Positions 20,402-28,969 of a DNA stretch of 64,000 nt are shown one piece after another. A program made the translations under genes and the position numbers. Below the pieces are notes generated by a model. The model saw nothing but the letters and a program-made list of their open reading frames with translations. It made no database searches and was not told where the DNA came from. Within the stretch, counting starts at the first letter, position 1; each line of letters begins with the position of its first letter. Location of the stretch: assembly GCF_053078305.1 (NCBI RefSeq), contig NZ_CP166879.1; one strand, 5' to 3'.

Positions 20402-22339
20402 TCAGCCGCCGGACGCACTGCCGTAGTTCACACCGGTGATCACCGCCACCGCCGCGGTACGGCGACGACGCCAGTTGATCCAGCGCTCCGCACGGATGGC
20501 CACACTGCCTGTCTGGAACATGGAAACCAGCTCCACCGGCGACGGCGTGGTACTGTCGCCGGTCGGCTCAGACTGCATTTCCAGTGATGCCTCGCGGGAC
20601 ATATCCACTGCCACGCCGCCGTCATCCGCCAGATAAATATCCGGGGCATTCACCAGCACCAGCTGGTCACCCACGTACTGGGAGACAATCACCGGCAGCC
20701 CCTGGAAGGAGCCACCCAGCAGGGTCATGTCCGGGTATTCTTTCTGACCCAGCGCATTTTTACGCATGGACAGTGCCAGGGCATTGGTGCTGGACATCAG
20801 CCAGACCGCACCGGTGGGTTGCAGGTTTGCTGCCACAAACTGTCCAAACGCAGCCTCTGCATCCGCATCCGGGTTACCGCTTGATGCCGTGCCCTTCACA
20901 TCATGGGTGATGGACGCCGGGGAGACATCTGCCACCGCCGCTTTTTTCGGGTCCACAAAGTCTGTATCCAGACGCGCCACCACCGCTTCCGCCAGCGCAT
21001 TACGGACCAGTGCATCAGCAGCCGGACTGGAAAAACGGATCAATTCTTCCGTCAGTACCGCAATGGCCGACACCTTCGCATGACTGAAGGTGATGGATTC
21101 AAAATCAAACTTCGTCAGGGGTTTTGCCTTACCCTCACCCACCCAGCCGGCAGCACCGCCGGACACCTGGGCGTGCACACGGATATTGAACGGCACCTGA
21201 CGAAGTGCAGGGATCCCGCCCTGACCAAATCGCCCGATAATGGTCTGAGGACGCAGGTAATCAATAAAGTCCTGTGCGTATTCCTGATATTCAGACAGGC
21301 TGCCTGCCCACTGCGGATCCGTGGTGGTCCCCGCGCCCACTGCCGATTTCAGGACATGATGCAGACGACTGTCATCCGGATACTGACGACGGGCCACTTC
21401 CAGGGCTTCAGAGCGGACACCTTTAGCCGCAGCCAGCGATTTGGCAAAACGTGCGAAACCAATCCCCTTATCCAGTTTCTGCTCCACACGGATCACCGGC
21501 GCAGAAGCCACCGCGGCCACATTCCCGTTACCGGCCTGTTTCACCGGCTGCGCCGTGGCGGCCTTACCGGCTTCCAGTTCACGCAGGCGCTTCAGGTGCG
21601 CATCCACCTGACGGATTTCCGCTGCGGTGTTGTCGTAATGCTCTTCCTCCTCCACATCCAGCGTGCGCCCTTCCTCTGCGGCTTTGGTCATGACCTCCTC
21701 AAGGGAGGCTGCCAGCGCTGCACGCTTGTTTTCAAAACTTTTAATCTGTTCGCCAATATTCATTATGGTCTTTTCCTTATGAAAAACGGTTGTTGACTGT
21801 GCCGCAGCGCCGGCAGAAGATGCGATTTTCACCACCGGTTTCCGGTTGCCGGACGCGGCAGAAAACGGGCGGTCGTAAGATTTAATGGTCCGGATAGTGC
21901 ATTCCGCATTCGCGGGCACGGTGACGGCAGACACCTCCATCAGCTCCCAGCGCAGAAAATGCACTCCGCCTCCGTCCAGAAAGGTGTATTCATGAGGACG
22001 GAAGCCCACGGACAGCCCCCTGACCAGCCCGGTCTTAATGGCCGCCCAGACCTCATCCAGCCGGGCAGCCAGTTGCGACGGCATATCCGGTACGGGTTTC
22101 ACCAGTGTTGCCGTGATTTCCAGCCCTTCGCTGACCCGGCGCACCGTACACTGCCCCACCGGGCGGGAATGGTCATGCTGCCAGAGAAACGGGATCGCAC
22201 TGCCAAACTCCGCGCCCTCCGGCTCCAGGATGTCACCATCCCGATCCGGAGAAGGCGTTGACGCAATCCCGGTGATCACCCGCTCATCCTCACTGAAGGA
22301 TTTCACCGTCAGCAGGGAGCAGGCCCGTTTAAGAGTCAC
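20402..22339 (-). CDS. Prohead protease - major capsid protein fusion (HK97 fold)
   Basis: 645 aa; N-terminal ...GIASTPSPDRDGDI... protease domain, C-terminal HK97-type capsid domain. Confidence 0.8.
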   Translation of the reverse strand: MTLKRACSLLTVKSFSEDERVITGIASTPSPDRDGDILEPEGAEFGSAIPFLWQHDHSRPVGQCTVRRVSEGLEITATLVKPVPDMPSQLAARLDEVWAAIKTGLVRGLSVGFRPHEYTFLDGGGVHFLRWELMEVSAVTVPANAECTIRTIKSYDRPFSAASGNRKPVVKIASSAGAAAQSTTVFHKEKTIMNIGEQIKSFENKRAALAASLEEVMTKAAEEGRTLDVEEEEHYDNTAAEIRQVDAHLKRLRELEAGKAATAQPVKQAGNGNVAAVASAPVIRVEQKLDKGIGFARFAKSLAAAKGVRSEALEVARRQYPDDSRLHHVLKSAVGAGTTTDPQWAGSLSEYQEYAQDFIDYLRPQTIIGRFGQGGIPALRQVPFNIRVHAQVSGGAAGWVGEGKAKPLTKFDFESITFSHAKVSAIAVLTEELIRFSSPAADALVRNALAEAVVARLDTDFVDPKKAAVADVSPASITHDVKGTASSGNPDADAEAAFGQFVAANLQPTGAVWLMSSTNALALSMRKNALGQKEYPDMTLLGGSFQGLPVIVSQYVGDQLVLVNAPDIYLADDGGVAVDMSREASLEMQSEPTGDSTTPSPVELVSMFQTGSVAIRAERWINWRRRRTAAVAVITGVNYGSASGG

Positions 22340-22402
22340 ATCAGCCTCCTGAAAATAAAAAAACCGCCGCAGCGGTCCATGATGGTTACAGGGTGAACAG
22401 GG

Positions 22403-24064
22403 TTATATGAAAAAAACCGCATATTCTTTCTTTTTGGGCTCCGGATTCAGGGACATCAGGGATACCGCATTGAACAGCGCCATCAGCGGGTCAATTTTCC
22501 CCCGTCCGCTGGCCTGTTTGGTAATAAGGATGGCGTTACCTTTAGGCTCCACCCGGGCATTGCCAACGCACCAGGCCATCAGTGGCTGACCACCATGCAC
22601 CAGCACTCCCTCAGCCAGTTTGCGCTCGGTGGTTTTGATGGCCCCGCCCAGCTTCCAGCCCTGGCTTATCCCCACAACAATTCCGTCGGGGATCCCGGCT
22701 TCTGCCAGTGAATCCAGAATCTGCCCCACACCTGACGGGTCAATACCGATATGGTCCAGTAACTCAGCCTCATGAATACGACGCACATACTCCGCCACTT
22801 CCGCCGTGTCATCCCCGACCCGACGGACAATCGTCATGTCTCCACTGGCCACAAAATCCTGAAACCGGGATGCCTCACTCTTCCGTCTGACCACCGCGGT
22901 TTCATGCGCCCAGGCATGGCCCCAGCCCAGCCATTCGCGGGTTTCCCTGTCACGACCAATCACGTACATTCCCAGCAGATCATCCAGGCCCCCGCCGTCA
23001 ATCCCCACCGTCACCACATCAGCGCGCTGCAGGATATCGTCCAGGCTGACGCGCCTGCCCTGCTGCTCCCAGAAATCCGCACCCGCCCAGCGGTCAGAAC
23101 GCAGGGCAAGACCAATTTCCACATTGGCGTGTTTTGACATGAAGCCACGAAATGCCTCCTCACCAGCCTCCCGGGCTTTACGGTACTCCCGGTACAGAAA
23201 AGCCTCATCCACCGAATAACCGAGATTCGGGTTAACCATGGCGAGGTTTTCCATCAGCAGGTGCTCACCGCGCTCCACCATCTCCGGCGGATGCTCAAAT
23301 ATCACCGGCAGAAAGTGCGGATCATTAATTTTGCCGTCGCGCACATCCCGGGCGTACTGCAGTTTCTGTCTGAACACCCCGGCGGGCGGCTCATTCGACT
23401 GGGTGGTTGTGTACACCACAAACCCTTCCGGGCGGGAGGCAAGGCCGCCGATGGCTTCACGTAACATGTCCTCCGCTTTGTACTGCTTGCCAAATAACCA
23501 CAGTTCATCAATCAGCGTCCCCACGGACTTGATACCGGACACCGTATTCGGATCGGCAGCCACCACCTTAAGGGTGGTGTCCGTCACCCGATGGGTGATG
23601 GTCCGGATATGTGTCTGCACCTGACAGAGGTCATCCAGATCATCGTCCCGTCGTACCATATCCCTGGCAGGGTTGAAGGCGTTAGCCGCCACCTCCACGG
23701 TCGGGGCCAGAATGGTGTAGCCCGCCGCCTGCCGCCAGTTCAGTAACAGCGCCGTCATCATGATCCCGGCAGCCAGCGTGGACTTGCTGTTTTTTTTGGG
23801 TATCAGAATGAACACTTCCTTTATATGGCGTACACCGGTCTGCGCATCGTAGGAGCCAAACAGGGCAGCCACCAGATCAAACACCCACGGTGCACAGGAC
23901 TCCCCGAACGTCGGGCTGCCCGGTGCATCCACAATCCGCAGTTGTTTAAAAATCGCCAGGGCATGTGCGGCCTGGTCCGGGTAAATCGGAGCCGGAATAA
24001 TCGACAGCCCCTTTTTCAGACGCTCTGCCCAGTCCGGGCAGGCCGTGCTCCACACAGGTATCAT
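22403..24064 (-). CDS. Terminase large subunit
   Basis: 553 aa; position between small subunit and capsid gene. Confidence 0.85.
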   Translation of the reverse strand: MIPVWSTACPDWAERLKKGLSIIPAPIYPDQAAHALAIFKQLRIVDAPGSPTFGESCAPWVFDLVAALFGSYDAQTGVRHIKEVFILIPKKNSKSTLAAGIMMTALLLNWRQAAGYTILAPTVEVAANAFNPARDMVRRDDDLDDLCQVQTHIRTITHRVTDTTLKVVAADPNTVSGIKSVGTLIDELWLFGKQYKAEDMLREAIGGLASRPEGFVVYTTTQSNEPPAGVFRQKLQYARDVRDGKINDPHFLPVIFEHPPEMVERGEHLLMENLAMVNPNLGYSVDEAFLYREYRKAREAGEEAFRGFMSKHANVEIGLALRSDRWAGADFWEQQGRRVSLDDILQRADVVTVGIDGGGLDDLLGMYVIGRDRETREWLGWGHAWAHETAVVRRKSEASRFQDFVASGDMTIVRRVGDDTAEVAEYVRRIHEAELLDHIGIDPSGVGQILDSLAEAGIPDGIVVGISQGWKLGGAIKTTERKLAEGVLVHGGQPLMAWCVGNARVEPKGNAILITKQASGRGKIDPLMALFNAVSLMSLNPEPKKKEYAVFFI

Positions 24065-24618
24065 CCGTTGCCCTCATTATCATTATTCACCACCAGGCGG
24101 GGTGGTGGTGGCACCGCAAAACGGTTAGCCGCTTTTTTCGCCGCGTCACCTTTTGCCGATTTTTTACCGGCATCCCCTTTTTTGTGGTGCGTGAACTGCG
24201 CCAGTCGCCAGGCTGCATCCAGAGCCAGTTTCGGATCAATGCTGATGTTTTCCACCAGGATCCGACCCATGGCTTTCACAGGATCAGGAAGGCCGTCCTC
24301 CATGTAATCAATACCGGATAGTGGAGAGAAACTTTGCCCGTCATCCGGTGGCACTGAAACCTGGTTTTTCTTTTCCACCGGAGGAACTTCCCGGTGGCAC
24401 GCCTGCGTCTTTTTCTGCCGGTAAACAGGAACCTCATCCACCTCCACCGTCTCGCCCTGCTTACGGGCTATAAACGCGAGCACTTCCGGATCTTTTGCCA
24501 GTTGTGAGCCTTTACATCTGGCGGACTTTTCCGAGTAACCAGCCTCAATAGCAGCAGCCGTTCTGTTTTTGCCCGACATGAGCGCCAGCGCAAATTTTCT
24601 TTTTTGCGTCGTCAGCAT
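24061..24618 (-). CDS. Terminase small subunit
   Basis: Internal ATG (MLTTQKRKFALALMSGKNRTAAAIEAGYS...) with GGAGG RBS in track ORF 24061..24654. Confidence 0.7.
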   Translation of the reverse strand: MLTTQKRKFALALMSGKNRTAAAIEAGYSEKSARCKGSQLAKDPEVLAFIARKQGETVEVDEVPVYRQKKTQACHREVPPVEKKNQVSVPPDDGQSFSPLSGIDYMEDGLPDPVKAMGRILVENISIDPKLALDAAWRLAQFTHHKKGDAGKKSAKGDAAKKAANRFAVPPPPRLVVNNDNEGNG

Positions 24619-24901
24619 TCTTTCCTCCGGGGAAAAACAGAAAAACGTCAGCAATCCTCCCGGTAAGAATGGAGGCGGCAGGGAAAATGTTTACCGCTGC
24701 CCTGTAAACATTTTGCGAAAAAAAGGTATAAACATTTACCTCCCACAACGTTATGAATAAAAAGAAAAAAACGGTAAAAATCCATCAGTAGGTTATAAAC
24801 ATGTTTATAACTTCTGAAGGGGAATTTTTTCTCTGCGTGAGAGGGGGCGCGGTGTCCGGAGCGATCGTTTTTTACGCCGGATGATACCCCCCCGGGTCGG
24901 G

Positions 24902-25267
24902 TTACAGTCCGATGATGTCGTCCGCTCTGCCACTACCTCCGGACACCTCCGGCAGTGTCGGGTCCGGCATACCACCCGCCGCTTCACGAGCAGACTTTTG
25001 TCGATGGCATTCGGTACAGAGCGTCCAGAGATTCGTCTCCTCATTACCACCACCGAACTGAAGTGCAATTCGGTGATCGAGTTCACTGTCACAGAGGTCA
25101 ACCACACGACCACAGAGACAGCACTGCCCGGCATCCCTGAGCCAGATATGACGCTTGAGGGAAACACGTGCACTGCCACTGACACGACGCTGTTCACCCT
25201 TCAGAATATTCACCCGTCGGGTATTCAGTGTTTTGATTCTGCTCTGGAGTGTACGAAGCTCAGCCAT
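24902..25267 (-). CDS. HNH endonuclease (terminase-associated)
   Basis: 121 aa; CxxC...DHRIALQFGGGNEETNLWTLCTECHRQKS HNH motif. Confidence 0.85.
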   Translation of the reverse strand: MAELRTLQSRIKTLNTRRVNILKGEQRRVSGSARVSLKRHIWLRDAGQCCLCGRVVDLCDSELDHRIALQFGGGNEETNLWTLCTECHRQKSAREAAGGMPDPTLPEVSGGSGRADDIIGL

Positions 25268-25308
25268 GTAAAATCCCCGTCATAAGGCAATCAGTAAAGG
25301 AAATAAAT

Positions 25309-25509
25309 ATGTCATCGAAAAACCGGACCCGCAGAACCACAACCCGCAATATCCGTTTCCCCAATCACATGATTGAACAGATCAACATCGCCCTTGAGCA
25401 TAAAGGGTCCGGTAACTTTTCAGCGTGGGTTATTGAAGCCTGCCGGAGAAGGCTGGCAACAGATGCAACGCACCTGCGCCCGGCCAGCATGACAAATAAC
25501 GAGAAATGA
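25309..25509 (+). CDS. YlcI/YnfO-family small protein (DUF3950-like)
   Basis: MSSKNRTRRTTTRNIRFPNHMIEQINIALEHKGSGNFSAWVIEACRRRL; internal start of track ORF 25249..25509. Confidence 0.6.
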   Translation: MSSKNRTRRTTTRNIRFPNHMIEQINIALEHKGSGNFSAWVIEACRRRLATDATHLRPASMTNNEK

Positions 25510-25641
25510 ACGTTCGGTTACAGGAGCAGGTACCCACTGTCCTCCAACAATATTTCATCTTCATACCCGGCGGAACAAGACTTACCCAGCCGGGGATGTA
25601 CAGAATAACAACAGAGTGATAATTAATTTCTGATGAAATAA

Positions 25642-25989
25642 TCAGGGTGCAGAAGGACTAAAGATAAACGTTTTCTTCACGCCTTTACGCGGCCTGTCCT
25701 TCTCAAATCGCCATTTTGCCATCGCCTTTACAACCTGCTCATCAAACAGATGGTGCGGCTCTGAACGGATAAACTCAATTCGGGTGACAGTACCATCAGC
25801 ACCAATATCAAACTTCACATCAACCCGTCCCTTTATATAATTTGCCGCTGCATAGGCCGGATATTGTGGTAATGCCTTAACCAACTGTCGGGGCATATCT
25901 GTTTTATGTTGCGTACAGCCCATAACCAGAGAAGACAACAAAATAATTAACGGAAGATTTCTTTTCATTTTCATTTTCATTCCCGGCAC
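25642..25989 (-). CDS. TonB C-terminal-domain lipoprotein (moron in the bor slot)
   Basis: Signal peptide with lipobox VMGC; ...LPQYPAYAAANYIKGRVDVKFDIGADGTVTRIEFIRSEPHHLFDEQVVKAMAKWRF... matches the TonB_C signature. Confidence 0.7.
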   Translation of the reverse strand: MPGMKMKMKRNLPLIILLSSLVMGCTQHKTDMPRQLVKALPQYPAYAAANYIKGRVDVKFDIGADGTVTRIEFIRSEPHHLFDEQVVKAMAKWRFEKDRPRKGVKKTFIFSPSAP

Positions 25990-26318
25990 AGATAAGAATA
26001 AGTCTTATTCTAACAATGCCACCCTGTCGGCCATCAATCCTCTGCTTAATGGCAACGACAATTATCCGACTTAAATCACAAATCAGACACATGACATAAC
26101 AGGTCTTGCGAGGTAACACATCGTCCGGTTTCTTCCACCATCGCACCGGACCAGCGACCATGAGGGGACAACGCCGCGCTCCGTTAACGCGGTAAACCCC
26201 GGTGTGTATCGTTTTTGATTATCCCCGCACACTCGCGCAGAGGAGTCTCCCGGTCGGGCTGCGGTCTCTGTTAATGCAGGAATACGGCGACAATACCGCG
26301 CATGAATAATAAGGTCGC

Positions 26319-26543
26319 TCAACACACTGGCTGTAATGCAGCGGATACCATGCGGCATTTAGCGGCATTCATCGTATACTCAACGGTTAGCTCTTCATTC
26401 GTGGCATTCACCTGAAAGGTCCGGGAGTGTAATTGCGTACATTTACCACTGAACGAACCTTCAACAAGAACACGACCACGCTGCAAAATACGGAACGGAA
26501 TTGTTCCCTGAAAAGGCTTTACGGTTACCAATAATTTCTGCAT
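26319..26543 (-). CDS. Hypothetical protein
   Basis: Track ORF; MQKLLVTVKPFQGTIPFRILQRG...; no recognisable family. Confidence 0.3.
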   Translation of the reverse strand: MQKLLVTVKPFQGTIPFRILQRGRVLVEGSFSGKCTQLHSRTFQVNATNEELTVEYTMNAAKCRMVSAALQPVC

Positions 26544-26566
26544 GCATTCTCCGAATAACAAAAATA

Positions 26567-27040
26567 CTAGTTAATACACTGAGTGCGGATATATTCCTGA
26601 AGCATTCTCAATGCTGCCTGGTCGCTGATGATTCCGTCTCTGATACCGAGAACGTTTCGTCCAGCAACCGGAGAGAGTTCGACGGCGGCATCATTGCCCA
26701 CGCCGGAGGTGCCGGTGGCTTCACGCACGGTACCGGGGCAGGTGGCGTTGATCCGCAGGCGCTTACGACCAGCGGCAACATCAGCACGCAGAGTTTCATT
26801 TTCAGCTCTCGCATCGGCTAATTCCCTCGAGTATTTTGCATCGAGCGCAGCAACATCGCGCTGGCGCACCTGCATATCAGTAATGGTTGCGTTTGCCAGC
26901 TCCAGCTCTCTGGCTTTTTTATCACGCTGCGCTTTGTAGGTGATGGCGTTATCGCGGTAATGATTCAGCCCCAGACTAAGCGCACCACAGACCACCAGCA
27001 GAATAACGGTAAACGCGGAAAGCATTCGGTTTATGCTCAC
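26567..27040 (-). CDS. Rz: Rz i-spanin
   Basis: 157 aa; N-terminal TM segment, coiled-coil periplasmic domain; Rz1 embedded in alternative frame. Confidence 0.85.
   Translation of the reverse strand: MSINRMLSAFTVILLVVCGALSLGLNHYRDNAITYKAQRDKKARELELANATITDMQVRQRDVAALDAKYSRELADARAENETLRADVAAGRKRLRINATCPGTVREATGTSGVGNDAAVELSPVAGRNVLGIRDGIISDQAALRMLQEYIRTQCIN
26608..26802 (-). CDS. Rz1: Rz1 o-spanin lipoprotein (embedded in Rz)
   Basis: [36 protein letters not shown]...; lipobox, Pro-rich. Confidence 0.75.
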   Translation of the reverse strand, partial: KMKLCVLMLPLVVSACGSTPPAPVPCVKPPAPPAWAMMPPSNSLRLLDETFSVSETESSATRQH

Positions 27041-27168
27041 CCCAGCATCCCCGACGAAGATAACATCATCCAGCCCATGGAAAGAAAAAGAGCAACCAGC
27101 ATTAGTGAAAATGAAATGCCGATGATTACACAGAGGATCTTCGCCAGCATTATGAGTTTGTCTGACAT
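27037..27168 (-). CDS. Small membrane protein (43 aa) between endolysin and Rz
   Basis: [55 protein letters not shown]; stop overlaps Rz start. Confidence 0.45.
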   Translation of the reverse strand: MSDKLIMLAKILCVIIGISFSLMLVALFLSMGWMMLSSSGMLG

Positions 27169-27190
27169 GTTTAATCCTCCCTTCACGATT

Positions 27191-27367
27191 TCAACGCAAT
27201 GACCAGTTTTGCCAGCCCATACAGCATCGGAGACACAGCGATATACCGACCGCCACCCACTTAATAGCAAAAGCCAGTGCTCTGCTGATGTCATCAGTTA
27301 CTGGCGCTTTCAGTTCAAGGCCGTTTTTCATAGTCAACCTCAACAGAATTCGTTTATACTTTTCCAT
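27191..27367 (-). CDS. Small protein (58 aa) with C-terminal hydrophobic segment
   Basis: MEKYKRILLRLTMKNGLELKAPVTDDISRALAFAIKWVAVGISLCLRCCMGWQNWSLR; AAGGGAGAA RBS. Confidence 0.4.
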   Translation of the reverse strand: MEKYKRILLRLTMKNGLELKAPVTDDISRALAFAIKWVAVGISLCLRCCMGWQNWSLR

Positions 27368-27523
27368 GTTCTCCCTTGCCTTATCCAAGGTCAGAAACAC
27401 AAAACCCCGCTTGCTGCCAACAAACGGGGTTTTTACTTTTATTCACTTAGGTTTTGCCAGTTCGCAGGATTTCGTGTTATCCGTCCGCGTTGGCCAACGT
27501 CATTTTTCAGCAAAATATTCTGC

Positions 27524-28057
27524 TTATCTGTCGATACCCCAGCACGCCAGCGCGCTCTCCTGGTCACGACGGGATACCTGACCATAACAGTTATTTGAGC
27601 GGATACGGCAGTCTCTGCCACCGTCCTTAATCCACCAGCGAAGCGCCTCACACGCTCCCCTGCGATCTCCTGCATTAATTCGTTTATAAAACGTCGACGT
27701 GAAACACTTACCCGGGCCAATGTTGTAAGGACAGAATGACGCAATACCCGCTTTCTGGGGTTCAGTCAGTGGCACTCTGATGTTTTTCTCCACCCATGCC
27801 AGCGCCTTATCCCGTTCAATGGCGTTAACCTGGTCGCATTTTTCCTTCGACAGCTTCATGCCAGGGACGACAGGCTTACCATCCACCCGGGTGGCACCAC
27901 GGCAGATGGTCCAGATACCCGCACCATCACGGTATGCCGTGGTGTGGTTACCTTCTTTTTCGTCAAGAAACTGGTCGAGGATTTCAGGCGCAGAAGCACC
28001 TGCAGCAATCAGCGCCAGAACGACCGCTGATAAACCATAGCGGAATTTCCTGCTCAT
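27524..28057 (-). CDS. R: SAR endolysin (phage lysozyme, R21-like)
   Basis: 177 aa; N-terminal SAR/signal-anchor helix, lysozyme catalytic region. Confidence 0.9.
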   Translation of the reverse strand: MSRKFRYGLSAVVLALIAAGASAPEILDQFLDEKEGNHTTAYRDGAGIWTICRGATRVDGKPVVPGMKLSKEKCDQVNAIERDKALAWVEKNIRVPLTEPQKAGIASFCPYNIGPGKCFTSTFYKRINAGDRRGACEALRWWIKDGGRDCRIRSNNCYGQVSRRDQESALACWGIDR

Positions 28058-28061
28058 CAGC

Positions 28062-28277
28062 TTACTCTCCCCGCGCCGCCTTACGCCGGTCCTCTCTGAT
28101 TTTGAAATACAGGTTCGTCAGATATGTCAGCAGCCCAAACAGCAGACTCCCCAGCACGCCTATTGCCGCCCACTGAGACGGGGAAACCCTGTCCAGCAAC
28201 TGCAGGAACCAGTAGCCCGTTCCCACCGCTGACGTGGTGTATGACACACCTGTTGTGATTTTTTCCATCTGGTACAT
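28062..28277 (-). CDS. S: Pinholin (S21-like), dual-start
   Basis: [71 protein letters not shown]. Confidence 0.9.
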   Translation of the reverse strand: MYQMEKITTGVSYTTSAVGTGYWFLQLLDRVSPSQWAAIGVLGSLLFGLLTYLTNLYFKIREDRRKAARGE

Positions 28278-28353
28278 ACCCCGTCTCCCGCAAGCCGGAA
28301 GCTCACAACAATATAAAGACCACCGGCACACACCGATGGTCCCTTGCGCATGC

Positions 28354-28599
28354 TTACATCATCATGTCGCTGTCAGGTGTGGGGTCACCGCCATCTGAAG
28401 CACTCCCCTCACCCGCGATACCTTCCGGCTCCGGAACTGCCGGTGCGCCCAGCAGTTCATCCAGAATGGCATCCACTTCTGCATCAAGACGCGCCTCAAG
28501 GTTCTGGCGGAGTTTCTGTTTCAGTGCGCTCAGGACTTCTTCAGAGCGCAGGACTTCCTTCACTGCCTCTGCAGTGACCAGGGATGTAATTTCTGACAT
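28354..28599 (-). CDS. Hypothetical acidic protein upstream of holin
   Basis: Internal start [28 protein letters not shown]... of track ORF 28354..28773. Confidence 0.35.
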   Translation of the reverse strand: MSEITSLVTAEAVKEVLRSEEVLSALKQKLRQNLEARLDAEVDAILDELLGAPAVPEPEGIAGEGSASDGGDPTPDSDMMM

Positions 28600-28639
28600 G
28601 GGATTTTCTCGTCGAAAGGTGTGATTAAGAAAGTTGCAG

Positions 28640-28819
28640 CTAAATGAGCGGCTCTTCGGGTTTGCTTCCGGCTGACTGACTGGCGCTGATTTTCTCTGCG
28701 GCCCTTTTATCAATCTGCCTGCGCCAGAAATCGCGCACTGCCCTGTACCCACCCGAAAGAAGATACAGCACACAGACCGCCGTACAGAAGTACAGCATTA
28801 ACTGGTTCAGAAATGTCAT
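28640..28819 (-). CDS. Small membrane protein (59 aa)
   Basis: Read by eye: MTFLNQLMLYFCTAVCVLYLLSGGYRAVRDFWRRQIDKRAAEKISASQSAGSKPEEPLI. Confidence 0.3.
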   Translation of the reverse strand: MTFLNQLMLYFCTAVCVLYLLSGGYRAVRDFWRRQIDKRAAEKISASQSAGSKPEEPLI

Positions 28820-28969
28820 GGTTTCTCACCGTGATAGTTGACATGATTTACTTATTTTTGTAGAAAAACACCGCAGACTTCGGTGTCATCATGGTCGTTT
28901 TACCAGCCGCCAGCATTCATGTAGTGGACACAGTTCATCCCTTTCCTTCATTGCTGGCGGCCTTTTTTA

